Positions 16,226 through 25,340 of a stretch of 52,479 nucleotides of DNA are shown piece after piece. Position 1 is the stretch's first letter. The number at the start of each line of letters is the position of its first letter. Origin of the DNA: an uncultured bacterium (GTDB lineage Bacteria; Myxococcota_A; UBA9160; SMWR01). Under the pieces are notes generated by a model. It was given only the letters and a program-made list of their open reading frames with translations. It did not search any database and had not been told where the DNA came from. The DNA lies in contig CALDCK010000210.1 of assembly GCA_937937315.1 (NCBI GenBank), positions 1 through 52,479 of the forward strand. Reading direction: 5' to 3'. A program made the translations under genes and the position numbers.

Positions 16226-17776
16226 ATGGGCGGGGACGGCGAGCATCGACTACGGCAGGAGCGGGATCTCTATCACCGGCTCCTCGACCTCGGCACCCAG
16301 CAGCTCATCGAGCCCTTTCTCGCCGAGGCCCTGGCCCTTGTGGTCGAGGTGACCGGAGCCCAGCGCGGCTACCTCGAGCTGCGAGACGAGCTGGCCGACT
16401 CCGAAGACGCGCCGTGGTGGATGGCCCAGGGCTGCTCTTCCGACGACCTCGGCACGATTCGCGATGCGATCTCGCGAGGCATCATTGCCGAGGCGATCGC
16501 GACGGGGCAGACCGTCGTCACCTCGTCAGCCCTCCTGGACCCGCGCTTCCGGAAGCGCGAGAGCGTTCGCTCCCGCCAGATCCAGGCCGTGCTGTGTGCA
16601 CCCGTGGGAGGCCCCCCACCCATCGGGGTCTTCTACCTCGAAGGCGCCGAGGGCACCGGGCCCTGGTCCGACGAAGACCGGGAGCGCGCCGAGACCTTCG
16701 CCCGGCACCTCGCCCCGCTGGCCGACCGCCTACTCGACCGCCATCGGACCCGAGAGCGGGAGGACGCGACCCGCGGGCCGCGCCAGACGCTCCGGCTCGC
16801 GGGAGTGGTGGGACGCAGCGCCGCCCTGGCGAGCGTGCTCGAGCAGGCCGCCATGGTCGCCCCCCTCGACGTGAACGTTCTCCTCACCGGAGACTCGGGG
16901 ACGGGGAAGAGTCAGCTCGCCCGGGTGATCCACGAGAACGGCGGACGCGCCGGCGGCCCCTTCGTGGAGGTGAACTGCGCCGCGCTGCCCGAGAGCCTGA
17001 TCGAGTCCGAGCTCTTCGGCGCCGCGCGGGGAGCACACTCCACCGCGCACCAGGCCGCCGCCGGGAAGGTGGAGGCAGCCTCCCGGGGCACGCTCTTCCT
17101 CGACGAGGTCGGTGAGCTCCCGATCTCCGCCCAGGCAAAGCTCCTCCAGCTCCTCCAGTCGAAGCAGTACTACCCGCTCGGATCCAACGAGGCCGTGAGC
17201 GCCGACGTCCGCCTGATCGCGGCGACGAACACCGATCTGGAGGTCGCGGTGAGCGACAAGCGCTTCCGGGAGGATCTCTACTACCGACTCTGTGTGCTCC
17301 CGATCCGCATGCCGACCCTGGCGGAGCGTCCGGAGGACGTCGGGGAGCTCGCCGCCTTCTTCTGTGCCCAAACCTCCGAACGACACCGGCTTCCGCGCCT
17401 CGAGCTGTCCGAAGGGGCGCGGCGGGCGATCGAGGCTGCCGAGTGGCCCGGCAACGTGCGCCAGCTCGCGCACACCCTGGAGGCCGCGACGATCCGAGCC
17501 GCCGGGAAGCACGCAGCTCGGGTGGAGCGGCGCCACGTCTTTCCGGACCAGCCCGGCGAAGACGTTGGAGAAGCGGAAGAGCACCTGACCTATCAGGAGG
17601 CGACTCGGCGCTTCCAGCGCAGGCTCCTACACGAGACGCTGGTCGAGACCGGCTGGAACGTGAGCGAGGCCGCGCGACGCCTCGACCTGGCCCGCTCCCA
17701 CGTCTACAAGCTGATCCACGGCTTCGGGATGGACCGCGAGGACACAGTCGAGCCGAGTCGAGACGCGGAGCGCTGA
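16226..17776 (+). CDS. GAF-AAA+-Fis-HTH transcriptional activator (sigma-54 bEBP family) with a non-canonical GAFTGA loop
   Basis: Track ORF 15974..17776; the ATG is at 16226. Walker A is GDSGTGKS. It also has ESELFG, GTLFLDEVGELP and RFREDLYYRL, and a C-terminal HTH NVSEAARRLDLARSHVYKLI. The GAFTGA position reads GAHSTA (17030-17047). Confidence 0.8.
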   Translation: MGGDGEHRLRQERDLYHRLLDLGTQQLIEPFLAEALALVVEVTGAQRGYLELRDELADSEDAPWWMAQGCSSDDLGTIRDAISRGIIAEAIATGQTVVTSSALLDPRFRKRESVRSRQIQAVLCAPVGGPPPIGVFYLEGAEGTGPWSDEDRERAETFARHLAPLADRLLDRHRTREREDATRGPRQTLRLAGVVGRSAALASVLEQAAMVAPLDVNVLLTGDSGTGKSQLARVIHENGGRAGGPFVEVNCAALPESLIESELFGAARGAHSTAHQAAAGKVEAASRGTLFLDEVGELPISAQAKLLQLLQSKQYYPLGSNEAVSADVRLIAATNTDLEVAVSDKRFREDLYYRLCVLPIRMPTLAERPEDVGELAAFFCAQTSERHRLPRLELSEGARRAIEAAEWPGNVRQLAHTLEAATIRAAGKHAARVERRHVFPDQPGEDVGEAEEHLTYQEATRRFQRRLLHETLVETGWNVSEAARRLDLARSHVYKLIHGFGMDREDTVEPSRDAER

Positions 17777-17786
17777 GGAAGCGACG

Positions 17787-18566
17787 ATGCCCGAGGTCCA
17801 GCGCGCAGACGCATCGATCCACTACGAGGTCTACGGCGACGGCCCCGCCCTGGTGCTGGCCCACGGTGCCGGCGGCAACCGCCTGTCCTGGTGGCAGCAG
17901 ATCCCGATCCTCTCCCGGACGCACCGCGTCCTGGCCTTCGACCACCGCGGCTTCGGGCGCTCGACCTGCGAGGACTTCCACCCGAGACACTTCGCCGACG
18001 ACCTCACCGCGGTGCTCGATACCGCGGGAATCGAGCGGACCGCCCTGGTGTGCCAGTCGATGGGAGGCTGGAGCGGTCTCCCCTTTGCGCTTCGCAAGCC
18101 GGAGCGCGTGTCGTGTCTCGTCCTCGCCTGCACCCCCGGCGGCTACGCCAACGACGAGGTGCTCGCCTCTGCCGCTTCCGTGGGCGAGCGGATCGAGGCG
18201 GCGGGAATCGATCACACCCCCGCGCTGGGCGCAGACTTCGTACGCCGGCGCCCGGACCTGCGCTTCCTCTACGACCGGATCGGAGAGCTGAACACCGGAG
18301 TCGGCCTGTCCGCGGTGTCGAAGCTCTTCGACCCTGCCGCACGGATCTCCGCCGACGAGCTGGAGACCCTGCAGGTCCCGGTCCTGATGCTGAGCGGCAG
18401 CGATGACCTGCTCTTCCCCCCGGCGACGCTCCGCAGCGTCGCCCGGGACGTCCCCGGCGCGCGCTTCGAGGAGATCCGCGGCGCCGGCCACTCGATCTAC
18501 TTCGAGATGCCCGATCGTTTCAACGCCCTCGTGGGGAAGTTCGCGGCCGGCCACGCAGACGGCTGA
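17787..18566 (+). CDS. alpha/beta-fold hydrolase
   Basis: LVLAHGAGGN, nucleophile elbow CQSMGG, and C-terminal GAGHSIYFE. It starts 11 nt after the bEBP stop, with GAGGAAG upstream. Confidence 0.75.
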   Translation: MPEVQRADASIHYEVYGDGPALVLAHGAGGNRLSWWQQIPILSRTHRVLAFDHRGFGRSTCEDFHPRHFADDLTAVLDTAGIERTALVCQSMGGWSGLPFALRKPERVSCLVLACTPGGYANDEVLASAASVGERIEAAGIDHTPALGADFVRRRPDLRFLYDRIGELNTGVGLSAVSKLFDPAARISADELETLQVPVLMLSGSDDLLFPPATLRSVARDVPGARFEEIRGAGHSIYFEMPDRFNALVGKFAAGHADG

Positions 18567-18601
18567 GGCCCATTGCCGGGGGCGCTCCCCCAGGTCGACG
18601 C

Positions 18602-19036
18602 TCAGGGCTCGGGGAAGCGCGCCTCCGCGAGCCCGTCGAGCACACCGCGAAACAGGCGGGCGACGAAGAACCGAAAGATCGGACCGAGCCCCGGGACCTT
18701 CGACTCGAACTCGCAGCGCCACAGGATCCGCGTGCCCTCACCTTCCGGCTCGAGGGTCACCTCCCCGAGGTGCTTCCGGATCGGCAGGCCTCCACCGAGG
18801 ACGCGGTAGGTCATGCGCTTCGGCGCATCGAAGGAGAGGATCTCTTCCCGCGCAGCGAAACCGGGCGGACCGAGGACCCGCACGCAGCCGACTCCGTTCG
18901 GCGCCGGAACACCCTCGCGCTCGAGGCGCGCCCACCCCACGCCGCCCCACTCGGCCCAGCCCCGGTGATCGGTGTAGGCGTCCCAGACGGCCTGGGGCGA
19001 TCCGAGGATGAGACGCGAGACTTCGATCCGTTCCAT
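18602..19036 (-). CDS. SRPBCC (START/polyketide-cyclase-like) ligand-binding protein
   Basis: 144 aa with typical SRPBCC size and pattern (SPQAVWDAYTD..W..W). It lies 12 nt downstream of the P450 gene. Confidence 0.6.
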   Translation of the reverse strand: MERIEVSRLILGSPQAVWDAYTDHRGWAEWGGVGWARLEREGVPAPNGVGCVRVLGPPGFAAREEILSFDAPKRMTYRVLGGGLPIRKHLGEVTLEPEGEGTRILWRCEFESKVPGLGPIFRFFVARLFRGVLDGLAEARFPEP

Positions 19037-19048
19037 GACGGGACCCGA

Positions 19049-20290
19049 TCAGAACGAGACGGGCAGGGCCTGGGGGCCCCGCAGCAGCGGATTCGGTCGG
19101 TACTCCACCTCGTCCCGGATGAGCGCGAGGTCGGGAGCGTGCTCGAGCAACGCGTCGAGCACGACCCGCGCCTCCAGCCGCGCCAGACCGGCTCCGAGGC
19201 AGAAGTGTTGTCCGAAGCCGAAGGACAGGTGTTGGACCCGCTCGCGGGTCACGTCGAGCCGATCTGGCTCGTCGTAGGCCGCGGGATCGCGATTCGCGGC
19301 GCCGATCAGACAGACGACGAGCGCACCCAGGGGCAGGACCTCGTCTCCCAGCGGGATGTCCTCGGTCGGCACACGCACCGTCGCCTGCACCGGGCTGTCG
19401 TATCGGAGCAGCTCCTCGATCCCGTTCGGCAGCAGGGACCGGTCGGCGCGCAGGCGCTCCCACTGCTCCCGGTTCCGCAGCAGGGCCACGACCCCGTTCC
19501 CGACCAGGTTCGTCGTGGTCTCGTGCCCGGCCACGAGCAGGAGGAAGCTGTTGGCCAGAAGCTCGGCGTCGCTCAACGCGTCCCGGTCCTCCTGGGCGGC
19601 GATCATCCCGCTGATCAGATCCTCTCGCGGCGAGGCGCGCCGCTCTTCGATGACACCGCGCAGGTAGCCCAGGAGCGCCTCGAAGGCCGCCTCGAACTCC
19701 GGCCCGCGGGTCAGTGGTCCGCCCGTGCCCAACGCATTCACGAGATCCGCCGCCCACTGCTTGAACCGGCGATGGTCCTCCGCCGGCACGCCGAGGAGCT
19801 CAGCGATCACGATTGCGGGCAGGGGCTCCGCCAGGTCGTGCATCAGATCCATGACGCCAGCGGACCGCACCCCGTCGATGAGGTCGCCCACGATCCCGCG
19901 GATCCGCCCTTCGAGAGCTGCAACCCGGCGCGGCGTGAAGGCCTTGTTCACCAGACCGCGCACCCGGGTGTGGTCGACTCCGTCGAGCATGAGCATGCTG
20001 CGGGTCGGGCCCCCTTCGCCCAGGAACTGTGGGGGGAGGAAGGCCCGGAAGCGCTGGGCGACGTCGGCGCGCAGGCGATCCACCGAGACCCGCCCCTCGC
20101 GAAGCACCGACTCGACGTCGGCCTGACGGCTCAGGATCACCACGCCGGGGCCCTCGAAGGGCAGGGGCACGCGAAAGACCGGGTTCGAGGAGCGCAGCAT
20201 CGCGTAGAGGGGATAGGGGTTCGCACGCAGCGCCGGATCCTGGAACGGGTTCGGGAACGAGCCGGGCAGGGGACCCGAAGGCGCTGCCAT
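19049..20290 (-). CDS. cytochrome P450 (CYP) monooxygenase
   Basis: Track ORF 19049..20596. ATG 20290 has GAGGAGG upstream. Motifs are AGHETT, EELLRY and the haem-thiolate loop FGFGQHFCLGAGLA. Confidence 0.9.
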   Translation of the reverse strand: MAAPSGPLPGSFPNPFQDPALRANPYPLYAMLRSSNPVFRVPLPFEGPGVVILSRQADVESVLREGRVSVDRLRADVAQRFRAFLPPQFLGEGGPTRSMLMLDGVDHTRVRGLVNKAFTPRRVAALEGRIRGIVGDLIDGVRSAGVMDLMHDLAEPLPAIVIAELLGVPAEDHRRFKQWAADLVNALGTGGPLTRGPEFEAAFEALLGYLRGVIEERRASPREDLISGMIAAQEDRDALSDAELLANSFLLLVAGHETTTNLVGNGVVALLRNREQWERLRADRSLLPNGIEELLRYDSPVQATVRVPTEDIPLGDEVLPLGALVVCLIGAANRDPAAYDEPDRLDVTRERVQHLSFGFGQHFCLGAGLARLEARVVLDALLEHAPDLALIRDEVEYRPNPLLRGPQALPVSF

Positions 20291-20393
20291 GGGGACCTCC
20301 TCGGGGCGCGCAGGTCTCGGCGAAGCGGGCGACGACGAGCCGCCACTCGAGCCAGGATGACCGACCCGCGACGCACTTTCCACCCGCCCGGGA

Positions 20394-22580
20394 ATGACGC
20401 AGACCGCTCGCCTCGCGGCCATCGGCCGGTGTAGAGTGGCCCGCCCCATGGCCCCCGCAGACGTCGCGACGGAGTCCGCTCCGACCGATCGAGTCGCCCA
20501 CACCGCCTTCGCCCTGCTCTGGGCGGTCGTGGGGGGCGTCGCCTGTGCGACCGTGATCGGTCTCGAACCCAACCTCGTCGAAGAGGGCCTGGTCATCCAC
20601 GTGGCCCAGCGCCTCGTCGCGGGTGAGCATCTCTACCGCGACATCGTCTTCTTCACCGGGCCCCTGCCCTTCGAGCTGCTCGGAGCGCTCTTCCGGATCT
20701 TCGGCGAGGAGATCCTGGTGGGGCGCAGCGCGACCGCTGTGGTCCAGGGCGTCAATGCGGCCCTCGCCTACGGACTGCTGCGGCGAGCCGGCGGTGGCGC
20801 GCTCGCCCACGCCGCCGGGGCTCTCGTCGCGGCTCTACCGCTGCTTCTCTTCCCCCTGTTCTCGATCTTCTACTACACGCCCCTCGCCTTCAGCTTCGGC
20901 CTGTGGACGGCCTACGCGGCGACGCGCAGCGGGGAGAGCGCGCGCTGGGCCGTCGCCGCGGGCGTGGGCGTCGCCGCGGTCGCGCTCTGCAAACAGACCC
21001 TCGGGATGGTGCTCGCCGTGGGAATGCTGACCGCCCTCTTCGCCACCGCGGCACCGGGACAGCGGATGCGGATCCTCCGCTCCTTCGTGCTAGGCGGAGT
21101 GGCAGCCACCCTCGTCACGCTTGCGTTCTATGGCTTGCGCGGCGACCTCCAGCACCTGTGGCGATGTCTCGTCACGGTGCCGCTCTCCCTCGGTGAGACC
21201 TTCTCCTCCCGCTACCTGAACCTCTGGCCCCCAGGTGTGCTCGACCCGGAGCTCCACCCCCACAAGGTCGTGTACTTCCCGAATCTCTACTTCCTGAAGT
21301 ACGGGATCTACGCGCCTCTACAGCGCGACATCATCCTCGGCGTCCAGCTCCTCTACGCACTTCCGATCCTGGCACTTCTCGCGACACCCCTGGCCCGGAT
21401 CGCCGGGCCGCTCCCCCGCGCCGCCTGGATCAACGCCGCCTACCTGATCGCCATGGCGACGAATCTCTTCCCCCGGTCGGACTGGGGACACCTCGTCTTC
21501 TCCCTCGCGCCGGCTGTGATGCAGCTCATGATCCTGATCGCGCCGGTCCTGGCACGCGTCCCCTTCCTGCGACCGGCCTCGGCCGTCGCCATCGCCGCTG
21601 CGGCCGGCTGGTACTCCCTCGTCGTCGGCACCTGGGTGCACGAAGAAGCGGGCCCGGCGCGTTGGGGACCACGGGTCCCCCTGCGGCCGGTGAGCGCGAT
21701 CTATCGCGTGGTCACGATTCCCCGGGTCATCCGCTACATCCAGTCCCGGGTAGAGCCGGGCGACCCCATCTTCGTCGCGCGCTCCGAGCCCCTGCTCTAC
21801 TTCGCCACCGACACGACGAACCCCACACCCTACGGCGGCGTGCTCACCGGGATCTACGAGGAACAGCAGCGCAACATCCTCGCCGCTCTCGAAGACGTGC
21901 ACCTCGTCGTGATCAGCGATCTCGACCAGCCGATGTGGACCTACTACTCCGACGAGCTGCCCGCGGTGCAGACCTACCTCGAGCGCTTCTTCCGGATCGC
22001 CGACGGCTATCCCCTCGACGACGCCAGCTGGATCGTGGTGCTCGAGCGGGGCCCGGATCGCGGCGAGAGCTGGCTCGATCTGATCGAGGAGAGACCGAAC
22101 GCCCGGGCCTGGACCCGGGACGAGGATCGGGTGGAGCATCCCGACGAGCTGCCGCCGCCCCGACTCGTCGCCCGGCACAACCGACGTTCGATGCCGATGC
22201 GCCTCGGACATTGGGGCGGGGGAATCGACTACGAGCTCACGGTGCCCGCGGAAGGGGGGCGCTTCGAGTCCGGCGTGGGCTACCGGGGCATGGTCTCCCT
22301 CGAGGATCTCCACGTCCATCCGCGCAGCAGCGACATGGTGGTCGAGGTGGGACGCGACGGCGTCTTCGAGGAGATCGCGCGCCAGAAGGTGAGCGACGTC
22401 GGCGGGGCAGGGCGTCGCTGGACTCCGATCGCCGGCGATCTCACGCCCTACGCAGGGGAGCGCATCACCCTGCGTCTGACCATCGACCTGCGCGTTCCAG
22501 TGGCGGAGCGGGATCTGACCTGGTGGGCCAGCCCCCGGGTGGTTCGCGGCCCGGGCGCCGAACCCGCCGACGGCCCCTGA
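20394..22580 (+). CDS. Polytopic GT-C-type (ArnT/PMT_2-like) membrane glycosyltransferase-like protein with a ~250-aa C-terminal soluble domain
   Basis: About 12 hydrophobic helices. The early loop reads EEGLVIHVAQRLVAGEHLYRDIVFFTGPLP. An alternative start is ATG 20448. Confidence 0.55.
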   Translation: MTQTARLAAIGRCRVARPMAPADVATESAPTDRVAHTAFALLWAVVGGVACATVIGLEPNLVEEGLVIHVAQRLVAGEHLYRDIVFFTGPLPFELLGALFRIFGEEILVGRSATAVVQGVNAALAYGLLRRAGGGALAHAAGALVAALPLLLFPLFSIFYYTPLAFSFGLWTAYAATRSGESARWAVAAGVGVAAVALCKQTLGMVLAVGMLTALFATAAPGQRMRILRSFVLGGVAATLVTLAFYGLRGDLQHLWRCLVTVPLSLGETFSSRYLNLWPPGVLDPELHPHKVVYFPNLYFLKYGIYAPLQRDIILGVQLLYALPILALLATPLARIAGPLPRAAWINAAYLIAMATNLFPRSDWGHLVFSLAPAVMQLMILIAPVLARVPFLRPASAVAIAAAAGWYSLVVGTWVHEEAGPARWGPRVPLRPVSAIYRVVTIPRVIRYIQSRVEPGDPIFVARSEPLLYFATDTTNPTPYGGVLTGIYEEQQRNILAALEDVHLVVISDLDQPMWTYYSDELPAVQTYLERFFRIADGYPLDDASWIVVLERGPDRGESWLDLIEERPNARAWTRDEDRVEHPDELPPPRLVARHNRRSMPMRLGHWGGGIDYELTVPAEGGRFESGVGYRGMVSLEDLHVHPRSSDMVVEVGRDGVFEEIARQKVSDVGGAGRRWTPIAGDLTPYAGERITLRLTIDLRVPVAERDLTWWASPRVVRGPGAEPADGP

Positions 22581-22609
22581 AGGCCCCGCACCGCCGGGTC
22601 CGGAGCGCG

Positions 22610-23044
22610 TCAAGCCTCGCGGCGAATGGGCTCGAGCTCGCGGAAGAGATCTCCGGTCATCAGGCGGATGAAGCGCTCGGAGGCGAAGACGCGTTCTCCG
22701 CCCAGCTTCTCTCCCTCCGCGTAGAGGATCCCAAGAACCCGATGCGTCTCGACGGCGTCCTCGACCCGGAGCGACACGTCGTACTCCTGGGCGACCGATT
22801 GCTCGTTCGCCCACTCGCCGAGGAGCACATAGGAGTGCCGCATCGGCAGGAAACGCTCGCAGAACTGGGTGTAGAAGCGACGCACCCGATCGCCTCCGCG
22901 CATGCACAGGCCGATGGGGTGAAACTCGTAGAGCGGATCCGCCACCAGGGTCGCGAGCAGAGGTTCGAGCTCGCCCCGCGCCTCGAGGGTCGAGTGGCGC
23001 GTCCCCAGCTCGATCATGCGCTCGACGCTCCAGGCTCCCGTCAT
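22610..23044 (-). CDS. NTF2/SnoaL-like small protein
   Basis: Tail of track ORF 22610..23473, from ATG 23044 (MTGAWSVERMIELG..); 144 aa with an NTF2-like pattern. Confidence 0.45.
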   Translation of the reverse strand: MTGAWSVERMIELGTRHSTLEARGELEPLLATLVADPLYEFHPIGLCMRGGDRVRRFYTQFCERFLPMRHSYVLLGEWANEQSVAQEYDVSLRVEDAVETHRVLGILYAEGEKLGGERVFASERFIRLMTGDLFRELEPIRREA

Positions 23045-23164
23045 CGGGCAGACCCATAGCACGCGCGTCCGTGCATCCAGGGCTCCAGCCGGTAGATTGG
23101 ACACGCCGACCCCCGGACCCCGGCGGTCGCCCCGGCTGCGCCGGCTCTCGTCGACGGAGAACCG

Positions 23165-24383
23165 GTGACCACTGCGAAGACTCTCGGGCTCGCCTGCGTC
23201 CTCTGGATCTCGACAGCGACCGGCGCCCTGGGCGCGAGCCGGCTCCTCGAAGGGATCGACTACGGGGCGGGTGCGGCCGGAGCCGACCCTGGTTCTCCTC
23301 GCGGCCCAGAGCGACGCACCCGGAGCGCGCGAGTCCGCCGAGGCCCTCGCCGCGGCCCTGCGCGCCGCGGGCCATCCCGCCGCCGAGGCCCTCTTCATTG
23401 GAGGGCGCGACCACTGGACCCAGCTCGACCTTCGCGACGAGACCAACCCGATGCGGCGGCACCTCCTGGGCATGCTCGAGATCGACGAGACCTACGGCTC
23501 GATCGAAGACGTGATCGAGACGCGGCGCTTCTGGCGCAACCCCGCCTTCTCGACCGCCGGCTTCTGGGAGAGCGGCCTGGAGGTGGCGAGCTACGAAGCG
23601 GACGAGCGCTTCCTGCACACGCTCAATCTGCTCTTCGCGAAGCCGAGCCGCCCCCGGCCCCTCAGGCCCGGGCGCTATCACGCCATCGATCTGCTCGACT
23701 TCGTCGAGCGCCGGGCGACGGAGACCGGAGCCTCGGGCGACTACCTCACCCTGACCAACGTGCGCGGCGAGCAGGTGGTCTGGCGGATCTCCGAGCTGCG
23801 TCCCTTCGCACCGGTGATCGTGATCGGACTCGACGACGAGCGGGAGCTGTTTCGCCTGACCGACGTGTACCACACCCTGCGCCGCTACACGTGGAAGGAC
23901 CCGGAGCCCGTGCCCTGGGTGCTGGCGCGGCCCCTCGGCGCCTTCATCCAATTCCGGGAGCAGCCGCCGCCCGAGCTCGACCCGAACCTCTTCGGGCGCG
24001 TCGCCCTGCTGCCCGAGAGCTTCGCGCTCACCCGAGACGATCCCCTCGAGCCGCTGCGCTCGCTCCCGGAGCCGGTCCGGGCAATGGTGACCGAGGAGTT
24101 CCGCTGCGTGAGCTGCCACCAGCTGCGGGGTGTCGGCGCCGCTGCCGGGCACCTCCGCGCGACGGATGCCGCGCGCGTGGGCGGCGTCGCGTTGGCCCTC
24201 GAAACCTATCCGCCGGAGGTCTGGCGGCGCTACTGCTTCGAGCAGGGGGACGTGGCCGCCGAGATCGGCGCCAGTGTGGTGAACCTGGGAGACCGTGCCG
24301 GTCTGCTCTTCGAGCTGGTCGAGACGGAGCGGCGACGAAGCGGCGAACCGACCCCCACCGGCTCGACTCCGCCCGGCCCCTGA
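23165..24383 (+). pseudogene. Secreted CxxCH-motif protein split over two frames (signal peptide in the frame of 23165, body in the frame of 23271): frameshifted gene or assembly indel
   Basis: Frame A (GTG 23165) encodes VTTAKTLGLACVLWISTATGALGASRLLEGIDYG with about 85% GC3. The high GC3 then moves to frame B (track ORF 23271..24383). Frame B has a stop at 23166-23168 and no ATG/GTG/TTG before 23271. The body contains RCVSCHQLRG. Confidence 0.5.
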
Positions 24384-24474
24384 AGCTCGGTGGCCCGACA
24401 GCCTTCCAGTCGATAGGGTGCCGCCTGCCCGGGGAGTCCCCCCGGTGACCGAACGGAGACCGGAGGAACCCCCG

Positions 24475-25272
24475 ATGCCCGCGTTGCTCGCCGAGAAGGA
24501 CGGCCATGTACTGACCGTCACCATCAATCGTCCGGAGAAGAAGAACGCCGTTAACGCCGAAGTCCTGTGCGGGCTGTCCGACGCCTGGCACCGCCTCGAC
24601 GAGGACGACGACCTCCGGGTGGCCATCCTCACCGGGGCGGGAGGTGTCTTCTGCGCGGGCATGGACCTGTCGGTGATCCCGAAGCTCCGGGCCGGTCGGG
24701 CCGACGACGACTACGAGAAGCGCCTGCTCACCGACGGCGCCGTCATCTTCGACGGCTGGCTCAAGACCTACCGTCCGACGAAGCCCGTGATCGCCGCCGT
24801 CGAGGGCTTCGCCCTGGCGGGCGGCACCGAGATCCTCCAGGGGACCGACATCCGCGTCGCCGCCGAGGGTGCTCAGTTCGGCGTGACCGAGGTGCAGCGC
24901 AGCCTCTTCCCCATGGCGGGATCCTGCGTGCGTCTCCCCCGTCAGATGCCCTACACCGTGGCGGTCGAAATGCTCGTCACGGGCGAGCCGATCTCAGCGC
25001 GGCGTGCCGCCGAGCTCGGCCTGGTGGGACGGGTCGTGGCGGACGGCGAGGCACTCTCGGAGGCGCGACGGATCGCGCAGCGCATCGCCGACAACGGCCC
25101 TCTCGCAGTTCGGGCGATTCTCGCGACGATCCGCGAGACGTCGACCCTCCCCGAGCCCGAAGCCTTCGCCGTGGAGATGGCCCAGGGCATGAAGGTCATG
25201 ACGTCGGAGGATGCGGCAGAGGGGCCGCGGGCCTTCCTGGAGAAGCGAAGGCCGGTCTACCAGGGGCGGTGA
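24475..25272 (+). CDS. enoyl-CoA hydratase/isomerase (crotonase) family protein
   Basis: Track ORF 24295..25272. ATG 24475 has GGAGGA upstream. Motifs are LTVTINRPEKKNA, FCAGMDL and AAVEGFALAGGTEI. Confidence 0.85.
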   Translation: MPALLAEKDGHVLTVTINRPEKKNAVNAEVLCGLSDAWHRLDEDDDLRVAILTGAGGVFCAGMDLSVIPKLRAGRADDDYEKRLLTDGAVIFDGWLKTYRPTKPVIAAVEGFALAGGTEILQGTDIRVAAEGAQFGVTEVQRSLFPMAGSCVRLPRQMPYTVAVEMLVTGEPISARRAAELGLVGRVVADGEALSEARRIAQRIADNGPLAVRAILATIRETSTLPEPEAFAVEMAQGMKVMTSEDAAEGPRAFLEKRRPVYQGR

Positions 25273-25282
25273 GAGTGCATCC

Positions 25283-25311
25283 GGGGGGCCCGGGTCGTGC
25301 CCGGACCCCCC
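25283..25311. terminator. Imperfect GC-rich hairpin between convergent genes
   Basis: GGGGGGCCCGGG..CCCGGACCCCCC: a 6-bp G/C stem plus interrupted inner pairs, with no U-tract. Confidence 0.3.
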
Positions 25312-25340
25312 ATCTGCACTAGCTCCGCCGCGGTCGGGCG

